DNA of 61,060 nt, counting the filler, from Circinaria calcarea (taxonomy: Eukaryota): NCBI GenBank assembly GCA_051942165.1. It is 13 parts of 13 records of this genome, joined end to end, with 100 filler letters (N's around TTAATTAATTAA, not from the genome) between each part and the next. Parts side by side here need not be neighbours in the genome. Positions count along the whole stretch, not along the records: positions 1 to 4,617 come from JAVECS010002251.1; positions 4,718 to 9,332 come from JAVECS010002252.1; positions 9,433 to 14,047 come from JAVECS010002253.1; 10 more parts are not named here. The stretch is one strand, 5' to 3'. Under the pieces are notes generated by a model, which saw only the letters and a program-made list of their open reading frames with translations, was not told the origin of the DNA and searched no databases. Position 1 is the stretch's first letter, and each line of letters opens with the position of its first letter. This document shows, piece after piece, positions 1 through 13,397 of the stretch. A program made the translations under genes and the position numbers.

Positions 1-2850
1 GTCTGTCCATAACCGGCAGAGGCACCAGCGCCGGTGCCCAGTGCATACTCTGAACCAGATGTCTGACCGTAGCCAGTGCTCATATCGTCGTCATATCCAC
101 CTCCCGTTCTTGGTTGTGCTTGACCCAGAGTAGACTGCCCTGGCTCAATGTTTTGAGGTCCTCGAACACCACCGGAAGCGGCGTTGTGGGGTTTACGCTT
201 GATCGGTTGAGCGTGGGGGAGGTCGGTGGTCTCGCGTGCAGAACCAATGCTAAAGACGGGGGATTGCCATTTCTCGCCTTGGGCGGCAAGCGTCTTGTAC
301 TCGGTAGCTTTGGTAGAGATGCCGCCCGGTAATTTGATGTCCTTGAAGATCGAGTCGTGCTGAGTCATGGCAACATTGACCTGCTTATCGCTGGCCATTG
401 CTTCACTCTTCTTCTTACCCTGGGTGAACTTCTTCTGTGCAGCCTGTACGTAGCGGTTATAGATGTTTTGCGCCTGTTCCGGGTTCTTCTTCGCAGCTTC
501 GGTAGCGCGATCGGCTTCCAACTTGATCTCGTAGGCCATGCCATCAAGCTGGTGAAGGGAGTCACGAATCTGCTTCTCAAGAACCTTCTGGATAACTGGT
601 CGTAAAACTCCAAACAAGATTGGCTTAAAGAGGTTGAAGAGAAGTTTGTGGTTCGACTGCTTCAACTTGATCTTCAGATGCTTAACATCTACGTCGACGG
701 TGTTGATCTTGAAAAAGTGTTGACGATCGGACTTATCCGCGGTTTCCATTGCAATCTTGAAGCTGAGGCCAGTGCCACCCATGAAGATATCCATCACACC
801 TTTATCCTTGATAGATGGGAAACCCTGCTTTTTGTTGACGTAGTAACTTACATCTTTCAGGTCCATTTGCACTCCACTGACAGCGACCATAATCTTGCTC
901 TTGTTCTTGCTGGCCACGGTCTTCCGGCCCCACCTGAACAGGTTGTCACTGTTGATTTCAAAAAGGTTGGGCGTCAGATTGTCACTCTCAATCACCAAGT
1001 TCTCGACAATAGCATCCATCATCGGGTCAGAATACTCGATTCTTGGAATAGGTACGTAGCGTACACTCTCCAGCGCACCAGGCAAGATTACTTGAGTTAG
1101 ATCGGTAATCAGATGCTTCTTGAACGTGGGCTTTCCATTCTCATCGTTCCCGAGATCGTTAAACAATTTGTTCATTGCCTCAGCAAAACGCCTGTTCTGT
1201 GAATCTTGGTCAAATTGGTCCGCCATGAACTTCACCTCATCGAGGATGCGGTTGGTGTGGTCGCGGTAACGATCCCTAAGGAGGAATTGTCCCTTATCAT
1301 AAAGCTGATTATATTCCTCGGTGGCACTGTCCTGCAAGACATAACCGGTCTCCTTGAGGCACTTTCGAATATATCGGTTGACTGAGCGGAACCAACCTTT
1401 GAGTTCTGGGTCTTTGTCGGCATCGCGATAGATGTTGTTGATTGACTCAAAAAGATCATCGGCTGAGGTGTAGTTGGCGAAGCGCTCAATGAGTGTCTTG
1501 GATTTGAGTTAGCACGATACCATGTTTTCACTGATTATCGCTGCAACATACCCTGAGATCAGTTTCGGCGGTAGTCAAAGCATTATCACTATGAGCACCC
1601 TTGACTGTGCCAGCACCCTGTTGAGAAATGTTCTTTCCATGTCCGGCGTATTCCTCGGCAAGTCCAAGCAGAGTCTCAATCGCTTGCTGGTCTGAGATAC
1701 GTGTGAGTATTTATCCAACAGCAGTTTTCTTGGAAACTTACAGTCCCGATGACCTTGGATCTCAGAAACCATCTTCTTCAATCGGTAGATCGCCTGTTCG
1801 CGACGCTCTTGCGGCAGCTTTTCTTGAAGGTAACCTTTAGTCTTGTGCTTGGTGGTTTCGGCGGTATTTCGCATGCGATCCTTTTGCTCGTCAGGAATAT
1901 TTGCCGAAGCACGATCACGAAGGCTATCCATGCCGGACTGAACGCCACCTCGTGCATCTACACCAGAGTTACCCCCGTATTGCTGATCCCGTGCAGCCAT
2001 GTCAGCCGAATCGGCAGGATCGCGAGAATTGTTGGGATTGGCGGATTGAGCGGCATCGCCAGCTGCACCTCGCATATCGTCTTTCATTTCACTTCTCGAC
2101 ATGGGCTTGTTTTTGTCGACAAAGCCTCGAACCTGATTCTTCAGATTGCCCCGAGACATATCAGGGACATCATGCCAGGTGTTCTCATCTGCTGGGCGGT
2201 CAATCTGGGAGAGCTGTTCCTGGGAAGGATTGAGGCGGTTAGCAGCCCTTTGGGCTCCGTCACCAGCCATGTCACGAAGTAGGATAGTGGCGTCGCTCAC
2301 TAAGTTACCAATTAGCGATGACAGCAAGGCATGAAGTGACGTCACGTACAAAGTTTTCGGAACTCTCCATTGGATAGGATGAGTGTGCCCAGAGTTTGTA
2401 GGCCATCAAGGGCTTGATTGCCGTGTTGCTGAGCGGTGTCCTTGTTGATCGGGGCACCTGGAAGCTGGGCGTTGCCGCCGCCAATGTGCTGTGTCTGCCA
2501 GATGAAGTCCTGAAGAAGATCGCCCTCATTCTTGGTCAACAACAAAACCTTGGCCTGTTCGACCACGTCGCGAAAGTCTTTGACGAGATGCTTGCCCTCT
2601 TCCGAGAGCTTGGCGGATGGGTTGGACAAGGCTCTCGATGCAAGGAAGGAGTTGAGAGCTACATCGATTTGTTTGTTCTGCGACGCGTAAGTCAATAACA
2701 GCCCGAGGCGACCAGCCGAACACCCAAACGCACCGAGGGAACCTTTCCATTGGCAAAGGCCGAGTAGATGCCATACAGCTGGAGTTTCTGGTTGACATCG
2801 GCCTCTTTTTGCTTGACGTTTGTCGGACGGTTGACCGAAGTCGTAGCCAT
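1..2850 (-). CDS. HAM1-like (DUF5923/DUF4449, SPAC32A11.02c-like) protein, 5 exons, 3'-truncated at window edge
   Basis: ATG 2850 MATTSVNRPTNVKQKEADVNQKLQLYGIYSAFANGKVPS; introns ~2733-2678, 2349-2300, 1741-1692, ~1551-1498 join NKQIDVALNSFL, YQQAIETLL, TLIERFAN, YVPIPRIEYSDP, GVQMDLKDVSYY; frame still open at base 1. Confidence 0.85.
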
Positions 2851-4485
2851 ATTGATCAAGTACGGGAAAACACACCAACCGTCGGGGGTATCAAATGCAA
2901 GTGAATGAAGGATGCAGAAGATAAAGGGAGAGCAGCCTGGCTATAAAGAGGCAGGCGGGTCGAATAACTAAGGTAGTTTCTACGTGATGTGATTGATGCC
3001 GAAGGGTAATGTGCGGATGGTGGAGGAGGAATGAAGGGATTGTTGTGGATGGAAAAGATGAAAGATGGGCGGAAACCGGGCAGACCTTCCTGCCTTGTAC
3101 TTCGGTAATGTAATGAAATGAAATGAAGGACGGGCCCATTCGCGAAAAGGAGGAGCTAACTCGATGGGAATACGTCATCAGTCGCTGCTAAACTTCTCGC
3201 AATTTATCCACCGGCCAACTTTTGATCCCCCAGTTTACGCGGTATCAGCCGGGCCATCTCCCTCTCCGGGAGAGAGATTGACTCCAGCCTCCTGAAAAGG
3301 GGAGGACATCCCATCCACAATCCTGTCTTGACTAGTTGGTATTCTTAAGAAAATTCCACTTCTCCCTGCTCTGCGACCCGGTTTGGGCCGGAAGGCGTAC
3401 GGTAAGATTATTTACAATCAGATCGAGTCCGCTCTCTACTACGTACTCCTTCCCGAACGCACATGTCATTGATTGGCTTGAGAGCCCTCAATCAGATGCA
3501 TCTGCACGAAGTGGTCATGATGATGCAGCAGCTACGAAAGGTAGATGGACTGCAGCACATAGTGTCTGATAATCCCCAATGACGAAACCTATCGTATTCT
3601 TTCCGCCCATTGTTTTGTTGCGGATCAACCGAGATATTGCCCGATCCTCTGATAGCCTCCCGCTTATCCCAAATGGCTTCTAGCAGCCACAGGCGAGCTG
3701 AGAAAAGAAACTCCACGCCACAGTTGAACCGAGCCACGCCCAGATACTCCAAGCCCCTGGATGACGCTAAGACCCGAAGCTCGTCATCCTTTCATTGTCG
3801 GAACGATTGGCGATTCGCCCCTTTCGGTGTGTACAGTAGCACTCGTTCTCCCGTGCGGCAATGGAACTCCCATTGGAACTCTCATTGCTACTATCAAATA
3901 CACACGATGTTCAGGTACCTCGAAACGTTCTCTGCCACGGGGTCGAAGTTACTACAGGGGATTTGAATAGTCAATAGGTAAGCATTGCAGTTTGGGTGTA
4001 TTAATAGGGGGCTCGAAACTAGTCAGTGGGGCCCTCAATTATCACAACTGCCTCGCCCCGAACCTAAATAGGGGGTCACTTTAGAGGCGTTGTAGCGTGG
4101 AGGAGGTAGCTTAACGATTGATAATACTTCTACTGCTACCATCGCTGAATTCAACAGAACACCGCCCATAAGATTATTTCGCTCTTTTGGGAGACGTGAA
4201 GATTTCAGTCATAAGTAGTAGCATCGTAGGATAATATCTCAGCCAAGTTACTCCCCTCCCAGAATATCAGTTTAGGGCTCCAATTAAGGCTCTAGTACAC
4301 GTGACTTCGTGACCGACAAGTCAGGTGATATGGCTTCGAGAGGGCGGGGCTCACCTCACTTCACTTCACTTCGAGCTCACTTCGAGCTCACACTTGGATT
4401 TCTACTTTGCAGTTTGTTCCTCTCAGATGAGAGGACAGCTTCTTTTGTAGATTATTCACTCCGCTGAGGAATCCTCAGCTCAAAG

Positions 4486-4617
4486 ATGCCGTCTACTCGC
4501 AGCTCGACACGCAAGTTGCAAACGCGTTTGACATTCACCCCCCTGCCCTCTTCTTCGCCGGCAGCAGTCAAATATCCGAGCCAGATTCAAGAACGTGCTG
4601 CTTCTGTGCGCTACAAT
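4486..4617 (+). CDS. 5' fragment of a conserved fungal protein (possibly DUF4211 family), truncated by linker
   Basis: MPSTRSSTRKLQTRLTFTPLPSSSPAAVKYPSQIQERAASVRYN open to contig end; divergent from the HAM1-like gene; family call from memory of the QTRLTFTPLPSSSP N-terminus. Confidence 0.5.
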
Positions 4618-4717
4618 NNNNNNNNNNNNNNNNNNNNNNNNNNNNNNNNNNNNNNNNNNNNTTAATTAATTAANNNNNNNNNNNNNNNNNNNNNNNNNNN
4701 NNNNNNNNNNNNNNNNN
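4618..4717. other. Artificial contig linker N44-TTAATTAATTAA-N44, first of 12; others at 9333-9432, 14048-14147, 18756-18855, 23463-23562, 28170-28269, 32877-32976, 37582-37681, 42287-42386, 46986-47085, 51685-51784, 56379-56478
   Basis: Identical 100-bp spacer with stops in all six frames; contig lengths are non-increasing; genes are cut at the linkers. Confidence 0.99.
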
Positions 4718-5884
4718 AACGAAAACGTCAAGAAAGTGCTCGTTGAGATGGTAAAAGCCAACTTCTTGACTTCCAAAAATACTCGACACAAAAGTTGCCA
4801 TATTAGCCTTTCGTATGATTTCAATTTGTGCAGGATCCCAAAACTCTAGTTTGAAGGAGTCCAGGAAAGGGTGTATCGAGTATACTTTCTTCGTGTGATC
4901 AAAGAGCGACTTCAAACTATCGAAGTTCTCTCCCTCCTTCGAGTCAGGCTGTGTGATCATGATGAGGATCTGCGAATGCGCAGTTTTTCCTAAGAGGGTT
5001 AACATTTGGCCGGCCTATTCTCAGCGTCAGCATGTCTACATGTACATAGGTTATAGATATCATAACTGTACCAGGTTGTCCAGGATTGGGAGACTTTGTT
5101 TCTTTAGGTCATAACTTGCTCCCGTCGAGTCCAAGCATTCGTTGTCCACGTTCTCCCATTCTTCATCACGTTCTCGAAGACTGTTGACATGTTCACCATG
5201 ATTGATGATGTTTTGTATTGTCAAATTGATCGCAGGCGCAAGATAAGAGCTGATCGGGTCTTGCTGTTGACTGGGCACAACCGGAGTGTTGGAGGGATGA
5301 GGCAGATGAACTAATGGTCCAGATTCCGTAGCTGCTGCAGTAGATTGTAGACTCGAAATGGATGACCTTGGTGAAGATATCGTTGAATCTGAACGTCCTC
5401 CACTTGTCTGTAGTTCGAGTGCGGGGGAAGAGCTCTGTTGGGTACGAGTGGTGCGAGAACGTTTTCGGTCCAGGGATGTTGTATTTTGAGCCTTTGAAGG
5501 CTCTGGAGACGGGTCGGTTCTATTTGCAGGCGATGACCCAGTCCGCCGCCTCTTGCGCAACCTTGAACCAATCGTACCATCTTGTTCGTCTTGTACGACC
5601 GTACTGGGTGTCTCTGTCGCTGCAAATTAGCCCGGGGGCTTCGAGTCAGCCTTCGAGATCAGATCAAGACTTTGCGATTGGAAAAGGACGGCGACAGAAG
5701 TGATTGTATGGGATGGAGCACATCCGCATTACCGTAAAGCAGGCATATGTGCAAAATGGCGACTCAGGATGAAGTGTGAAGTGGAGTATTTACCTGGTTT
5801 GGATGCTGGCTGGTCCGAAGCGGCTTTGCGAATGGTAACTCCTTGTGCTGTAGCAGCAGGCTGCTTACCGCGTGTGGTTACCAT
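4718..5884 (-). CDS. TBF1: Telomeric-repeat-binding factor Tbf1/Trf1-like (TRF domain), spliced, 3'-truncated
   Basis: ATG 5884 MVTTRGKQ; exon 2 with RKRRR; QSLPILDNL then SLFDHTKKVY...IIRKANMATFVSSIFGSQEVGFYHLNEHFLDVFV typical of the fungal TRF domain. Confidence 0.85.
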
Positions 5885-6885
5885 GACGATGATCCTTAGG
5901 TTTACGTGGAGTCGGTCGTCTTTGGGGAATTGTGAGCTCGTCGTTGATGCTCACTCAGGATTCCTCCTCTACCAAAAGCCCTGCCCTTAACCTAAGCCCT
6001 ATTCTGGATACCGGCTAACCCAATTTAAGAGCAAAGGCCTCGAATGGGTAGTTTCCCCCGCCATCTGGAAGTATTCAATCCTTGTAGCAAATTAGGTGGT
6101 GACGATGGGATCTAAATGATACGGGGAGCTACGAGCCGTAGAATATATTAAATCTATCACTGGAAATTCATTAGTGAGGGTCATGTTCCAGAGTCTTTAT
6201 TCGTCGTCTTTCTAAACATGTATGGTATGAGATTCTCGTCCAAGACAACGCGCAAGCGATGCCGAACCTTTGTCAAGCTTCAATGTTCGACAAACAAGGT
6301 GTGGATTAGGTTTTGCCTGAAGGTTCCGGGCGAGATCAATCCTCTCACCGATAAACAGGTTTGGGCTTGCGAGATAATGATCATGATGTGCACGAAGGTA
6401 TCCCTTGATTCTGTAGATCCCTTCAAAACAGCATCCGTGGCAGCCTCAGGTTTCTTGCAGTGTAGAAGAGCTTCAACCATTGGTGCTGGTCTACCACCCT
6501 ACTTCGGGATCAAAAACCTTCTTTTACATGTACATGACATGACCTATACTTAGCAATGTGACTTCATCGGAGTATTGGTTGGTCAATTTCTACCTGATTG
6601 GTCAGAGATTCTAACCCCGCCTCCCTTCCTTCCTTGGCCTCCAGCTCCATCAGCCTGCAACAAGACTGTGTTAGCTCCAGGTGAGGTGGGGCGAAAGAAT
6701 GGAATGCGCCACTGAACGGGAACGCATTGCGAAGGGACGCCATGGAGCTGCGAGACTTTATTACACCAGTACCTTGCTGCTACTGCTACTGCTTACCTTT
6801 TCCTTTCTACCTTTACTTCGACCACACCGCCGTTGATCCGCCGGCATCCAAAGTACTCTGCTGCGGCCACCACATCTAAACAAAG

Positions 6886-8574
6886 ATGCTGACCTTCCTG
6901 GCAGTCGGCATCCTTCTGTTAGGGAAGCCGATCCTATCTCGGACTCAAAATCCGGAGACAGTATGGAGTTCAGTCGTCGTGACTCTCCATGGCGATAGGG
7001 TCCCTCTGATCTCACCCGATCTCAGCATCCTCACTGCCGTTGGGGCTCAGCAACTCCATTCCGCGGGAGGAGTCTTTCGAGACCGCTACATCGCCCCGTC
7101 CACTCCTGCGGTTGCCGACAATCGAATCATACGTGGTATCTCGACGGACGAAATCGACAACACTCAAACCTTTGTGGAGTCTACCCTCGATCCCTTCAAT
7201 GGCGGTTCCGCTCAAGCTTTCATGCAAGGCCTTTACCCTCCGACGAACGGGACTTTTCGACTGTCTAATGGTACAGAAGTGCAATACCCTTCTGACGGCT
7301 ACCAATATCCTCAACTCTATACTGCATCTCCTTGGGATCCCAACTCAATTTGGCTAGCTGGTGGGGTCAATTGCAATGCATATAAGGATGCAACAGAGCA
7401 ATATTTCAGAAGCACAGACTTCCAAGAGAAGGTCTCTGAAACAGAAGCTTTTTATGCCGGCCTTGAACCGGACATCTTCGCAGGGGTATTAAATAATTCC
7501 TTGGTCAATTACCGAAACGCCTACTATATCTTCGACTACATAAACTATGTCTACCAATGGAACTCGACGATCCCGCCTCAGCTCTCGGTTAAGACTTTTT
7601 TTACAATTCAGACGCTGGCGGATGAGTGGGAACATGCTGTCAATGGCAATGTCTCTGCCGGCAACGGAATCAGCACCATCGCAGGCCAAACTCTCTCCGC
7701 ACATGTCCTCGATCTTTTGGTTAGCAACATCCAAACCAATGGTGCAAACAATAAACTCAACCTGCTGTTTACCAGTTTCGAGCCCATGGTCTCTTTTGCC
7801 GCTTTAGCAGGGCTGACAGATTTTCACAACGATTTCTATGGCCTACCTCAGCCAGGCTCGTCTATGATTTTCGAGATGTTTAGCAGCGGGGCTAACTTCT
7901 CCAACACATACCCAGACCCGTCTGATCTGATGGTTCGGTTTCTCTTCCGCAACGGTACAGATTCTCCGGACAACATAACCCCCTACCCAATTTTTGATAA
8001 TGACAGGAACTCGCTTGAGATGAGCTTCAACGACTTTGTCTCTGGCATGGAAAACGTCATGGTCACATCAGTTGGCGAGTGGTGTGCTATTTGTCGCAGC
8101 CGTAGCATCTTCTGTGCCGCCTTTGCGAACGATCTCTCTTCTAACAGCACCGGCTCACCTAGTTCCTCATCTGCAAAAGTCAACGCCGCAACGCGCCCTG
8201 CTGTTGCTGGGATTATAGGTGCTCTCATAGGTCTTATCATGGCGGGTACCGTCTTAGCAATTGCTATGCTTGTTTTCGGCGTTCGATTTTTCCGTACAAA
8301 AACCAAGCGGCGGTCCGAGCTTGCTGGTTTCAAAGGCGCGGAGAAATTGGCCTCGGACCGGGATCTGACGATCGTGAAATCCAGTGGAGTTGGTGCAACA
8401 GTGGTGGGAAAGGGGCATGAAAGGGTTGGCAGTTGGGAGCTTGGGGAGAGTAATCGGGCAAAAGGAGCTGGTTCACGAGAGGTCGGTGGTGGGCCAAGAG
8501 CCAGCTTTGACGATGATGGGATCAGTATCGTCGATCACCATTCCGAACCTGTGAAGGTAGTTGAGAGGGTGTAG
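6886..8574 (+). CDS. Histidine acid phosphatase-family type I membrane protein
   Basis: 562 aa intronless ORF; signal peptide, LHGDRVP (RHGxRxP-like), SAQAFMQGLYPP, Cys-containing C-terminal region, TM helix AVAGIIGALIGLIMAGTVLAIAMLVFGV, cytoplasmic tail. Confidence 0.85.
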   Translation: MLTFLAVGILLLGKPILSRTQNPETVWSSVVVTLHGDRVPLISPDLSILTAVGAQQLHSAGGVFRDRYIAPSTPAVADNRIIRGISTDEIDNTQTFVESTLDPFNGGSAQAFMQGLYPPTNGTFRLSNGTEVQYPSDGYQYPQLYTASPWDPNSIWLAGGVNCNAYKDATEQYFRSTDFQEKVSETEAFYAGLEPDIFAGVLNNSLVNYRNAYYIFDYINYVYQWNSTIPPQLSVKTFFTIQTLADEWEHAVNGNVSAGNGISTIAGQTLSAHVLDLLVSNIQTNGANNKLNLLFTSFEPMVSFAALAGLTDFHNDFYGLPQPGSSMIFEMFSSGANFSNTYPDPSDLMVRFLFRNGTDSPDNITPYPIFDNDRNSLEMSFNDFVSGMENVMVTSVGEWCAICRSRSIFCAAFANDLSSNSTGSPSSSSAKVNAATRPAVAGIIGALIGLIMAGTVLAIAMLVFGVRFFRTKTKRRSELAGFKGAEKLASDRDLTIVKSSGVGATVVGKGHERVGSWELGESNRAKGAGSREVGGGPRASFDDDGISIVDHHSEPVKVVERV

Positions 8575-10696
8575 GAAGGATTTGCAACCAAGTTTAAGGT
8601 ACATGATGTTATGCATTGGGACGAAGGTGTATGATTTATCTACTAGCAATTATTTCCAGAGATTTCAGGCCAAATACTTTGATACTATTCTACTACTGCT
8701 CCTCCTACTAAATATCCATGGCACTGAAAGCTCATATGCTTAGGAAGTCTCTTGGCTAGGATGTTGTCGAGGGGAGTAGAAGCTAACACATTGAATCCAG
8801 TATATTTCTACGTCGCTGATATTTATTGTGATGACCTAAACAAAGTAAAAGTGCACAGGACGTGTGGTAGATGTAGGAGATCTTCGAACGAGACCATTGA
8901 ATGGGTCTCAAACGTGGAGTAAACATTAAGTGGGTGGTCAAGGGAGGGGCTTCGATGATAACTCGAGCTGCTGGGTGGTGCCTTCCAACATACTAAGGTA
9001 TATGGAGATTAGTTCACATCAGAAAGAGGCTTGCCTTGGGATATCACTCTCAGAGCAAGTTTTCCCAAGCTGCACATGGCATGACTGGGTCAACTGCTCT
9101 TGCACAATTGTGACCGTGACTGAGACCTGCTCCGACGGTCACCATGTCTCCAAGAGTGAACGTAGAGATCCTTCCAGAACTGTAGCTGCCCGAAGGGTAA
9201 ATTAATCCGATTGGAGGAGATGAGGAGGTTGGGCCGCGCCTTGTGAGGCGTAGGGTTGCGATTTAGCGAAATGTCGAGATGAAAACAAAACCGTCCAGCG
9301 TTCAGCGTTAACATCAACCAACAACCGTTCGTNNNNNNNNNNNNNNNNNNNNNNNNNNNNNNNNNNNNNNNNNNNNTTAATTAATTAANNNNNNNNNNNN
9401 NNNNNNNNNNNNNNNNNNNNNNNNNNNNNNNNCCCCTCCGCTTTACCTCCCAGCATACAATCATCCACCGGACAACGCCGCCAATCACACCATCGCCGCA
9501 TACCCCTTACTCCAACAAACAAAATAAAACCTCCATTCTCGATCGAGGTGAATTCTGCTAAAAGGCTGGGGGAAAAAACCTCGAGACCAACACGCCGAAG
9601 GTGAACAAGGAATCCCTCCCCTCCGTTCCCCAAAGTTCTCGACTTTCCTGCCCTACCATCTTCGGGCCGTTTCCGCGTGTGGGAAGGTTTTCTTCATCTC
9701 CTCTGCCCTTTTCCCCGTGCCCCTTTTCCCTTTGCTAAACCTAGCATTCATGAGAACCCCCCTTCTGGCCCCCGCGTTTTCCTGTCCCTGTCCCTGTTCA
9801 AAAACCTACCTACCTACCTCTTTTCGCCATTTTTCTTTTCTCCCTTGCCGTTATCTTGAGTAAATTGGCCTCTTGCCCCCTTCCAAACCGTCTCTCTGAC
9901 GGAAATCTACTGTATCTTTTCTTCCCGCCCCGTGGTTTCTTGTTCGCTGGAGTGGGTGGGTGGGAGATGTGGGGGTCGAAGGGGATGGGATAGAAGGCTG
10001 GAACGGGGAGATGGCGGAAAGGGAGGAGAGGATGACGCTTTTGATGACAGCGAATTCGCCTCTCTCTTCAGCATACCGGTTGGTAGTAGGTTTTCCGTTC
10101 TACACTATCGAATTGTGGTATATTCATTAATGATGTGCCGGAAGATCAGGAAATTGGGGGACTGCGCTTCCTACTCGATTTCGATGCAAATCTCTTAAGG
10201 ACGCAGTCTCGAGGCTCAGGGGGATAAGGAGAACGAACACATGACCAGAGGGTTTCACCGATAATCGGGCAAGTCGCCGACTCGGAGCGTGATCCCGTCC
10301 TCGCCTGCTTCAAGCAACCATTGAGACCCAGGAACACCATCAAAGCAGGCGTTTGGTGGCTTCCCAGTCCCTGGTAATCCCAAGCTTAATCCAAGGGGCT
10401 TATATCGAAAGTGGCAGTAGCTACCTGAGGTAAAGAATATCTCCGACAGAGCCAACCATCTTCCCGTGATAACTTCTATAGGATTGAGATAGTACCCTAA
10501 ACCTGATAATACAGAGAGACAATCCCTCGAAACAGACTAGGCGAAATGCATAAGCCATGATCAACAGTGCATAATGTACGAGCAAGTTGCAGCTTTAAAC
10601 GAGCCTTTTCCGACATGTCTCCATGACCAACAGTGCATAAAGCACTGGCAGTCGAAATCATTTTCGCACACGAGACACTTTCACAAAGGCACGAAT

Positions 10697-11240
10697 ATGA
10701 AGCTTCCAGCCATCATTGCCGTGTTGGCAATAATCGCGGCCCCTATTGTCGTTGCGCTCCCAACCAATACTAGCAGCGAGGTATGTCGCCTTTGTCTACG
10801 GCACCGGGGCAGGACTGATATTCCACAGAGGCATCACAATCAACATATACACCGACGCCAAAACGAGTGGGATTGGAAGGGATACTCAACTGACCAGCAA
10901 CATTGATCGATCGCCGTTCCGCTCTACCTGTTCAGGTGAGCCGATGCGAGACTCTCGTCCATCCGTTGTTTCAACGACGGTCATAATGCGAACGATGCTG
11001 ACTTGGTGTAGGAAACTGCATAAACGATGACTATTGCGGTGCAGGTTGCGTATGCAGCCCTTTCTCAAAGTGCGAACCCGAGTAGTGTTAGGGTTGGGTG
11101 AATTCGGCTGGCAAACTTGATAGACACAGGGGTGCTTGGAATGGACTCGGCTCAATACAGCACCGGCTTAGGTGCGAGTTCGGAAGCGGACGGGTATGAC
11201 AGTCTACATGGAAATGGCGGTCTGGTGCAATTTCTATACC
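10697..11240 (+). pseudogene. Small secreted protein gene, apparently disrupted
   Basis: Signal peptide MKLPAIIAVLAIIAAPIVVALP, intron 10781-10828, RR (Kex2-like) then QNEWDWKGYSTDQQH-TGA; further splice signals and a Cys-containing exon (NCINDDYCG) downstream do not join in frame; 3' end approximate. Confidence 0.4.
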
Positions 11241-13397
11241 TATGGTATCCTTGCTGCATACCAAACTATATTTGAGAAGATAGGGACAATATTGTACAAA
11301 GGGATACTGACCGTCTTTCCGGATAGTGGTTAACTAGGTGTAGGTGCCTAGAGTCAAGTTGATGCCCAACAAGGAAGCCGGTCACCCATGTCAGCAGCCT
11401 ATTCATCTTTCGACCTTAATGCCGGTTGACACGCACTTGGTCCAGTCGGCGAAGGAGTACTCCGTGGCTTGATACGATGGCCTAGGGTAGACCCACAAGG
11501 TAAATTATCGTGGTGGCGGTTCGGATGATGGAATCTCTCATCCGAGTGCCTCAACCCGTCGGCATGGATGAGAGTAAACCATGGATCTGAGTCATGCAGG
11601 ATATATCTGCATGAAGGGACAGGAACTTAGGATTGCCGGTTGCCGTGTTCACTTGCAGGATTTGTCTGTGTCTTGCTTATAAACCCAGCTGGTTAGGCTG
11701 CAACATCATGCACTGTTTTCTGCGTGATTTGTGACATGGAATAATGACGAGTCTTACCCTTGCATTGAAAGAACTGAGATCCCTTCCAAAGATACAGGGA
11801 TTTAATATGATCTATACAATACTCAACGTGGAATCAACATGGGCTGAAAAGAAAGGCGAGTATAGCGTCTGAGAAACGACATTTTCACGGTTTGTCTGAT
11901 ATCGGAAGAGCCCCGGTTTTGGACCGTACTTGGACTGGCAGAAGAATTGATTGCCTAACAGTCTCTGGTTCCCGAGTCGTACAGAAGGACCTGCTGAATT
12001 TGACTCGGACTCATGCGGACAATGCCGCGTACGCATACGCGCATGACTCCCAACGGGTCAGGGAGATATCGTTTGCAGGTCATTCCTTTTTTCGGTTTGC
12101 CTCGAGGGGGCTCGGATGTCGTGATAACAGAGTTTCGCCTAAGACCGATATTAAACCCGAGTCCGAGGGTCCGACATCAATGCACCTTATCTGAGGCATT
12201 AACAGACAAAGAGTAGGGCCCTTTTCCCGGTAAATGCGGCAAGCATAGGGGATTTTGGTACGAACCAGAGTTAGGCTTCCAATGCAGTCCCCCGTGGGCG
12301 TTGAATAGGGAGACTAGCGTAATCTCCTATGCGTGGAAAGTCCTGTCTCACTAAATCCAAGACCCATACTTTGATTCAATTTACCGTATCCACAGCTGTG
12401 GGCCCTTCAACTTACCTTCAGAACCTATCTACTGCTCTACTGGTGTTAGCTCGACACTAGTAGATCAATGCGCATTTTAGTTGGACTCTGGAAAGGCTTT
12501 GGTTATCCCTTAAAGTGTTGCTTTGGCGGAATGGACCGTGCACGCTATACTAGTACGGAGTTTTTAGTTCCTCCGCACAAGTTACTCTGTAAATGGGCAT
12601 TTCATCTCCGTTGATTGGACAGAATTAAAGATTTTATCAGTGCCCGAAACCCCTTGTACCGTACACGGTGCATTCCGTCAGAGTACCACTATCTAACTAA
12701 GATTCAATAATGGTGAATTCATGATACTAGCAGTAGGATACTAGTACTGTAGTAGGAAGAATAGGAAAAAAATATCTTTAAAGAAATAAGTGTAGTTATG
12801 ATGATTTTAGCACCGAAATAACACCAGTTTCCCATCCGACCACAGTAGAGTAGCCTTTGTTTCTAAACTGTGGCTGTTTTCCTTGCTGCGATCGCGGTCA
12901 TGGTGTACGTAACACGTTTGCGTCCATCCATGTACGGATAATACTGGCATTTCCAGGTATTCTTTCCCCGGGGGATTGGATTTGATGGGATATTGGGTAA
13001 AGGGGAGCCAAGGAGGGATGATTAGAAAATAGGAAAGGGGACCGGGAGAGGGAGAACGACAGAAAATTCACCGAGGGAACACGGGTAGATCTTCAGTATT
13101 ATTCTAACTATCGCAACCTCGTAGCTCCTCATTCGAAGCAATCCTCATCCAGCCCAACTTCATCAAGCGCATCCCTCATCAACCACCCGATCTCAGAATC
13201 CTCCAACCGAGCTCGCAAGCAAGCCAAGGGTTGTTGGTTTCCGTGCAAAGCTGGTAGAAAAGCAGAAAAATCACAAGTCCCTTCAGGTCTCCTCGTCCAT
13301 CATGCAACCGTTCCAATGCAGCTGGTTACCCTGACTGTCTCCATGCAAGCCGAGAAGCCTGCGATGCATATCTTTGGAAGCGAAGCCTGCTGCACAA

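Noticed and set aside
4662..4673. Regularly spaced TTAATTAATTAA palindromes as a biological repeat
   Set aside because: Synthetic six-frame-stop linker between contigs.
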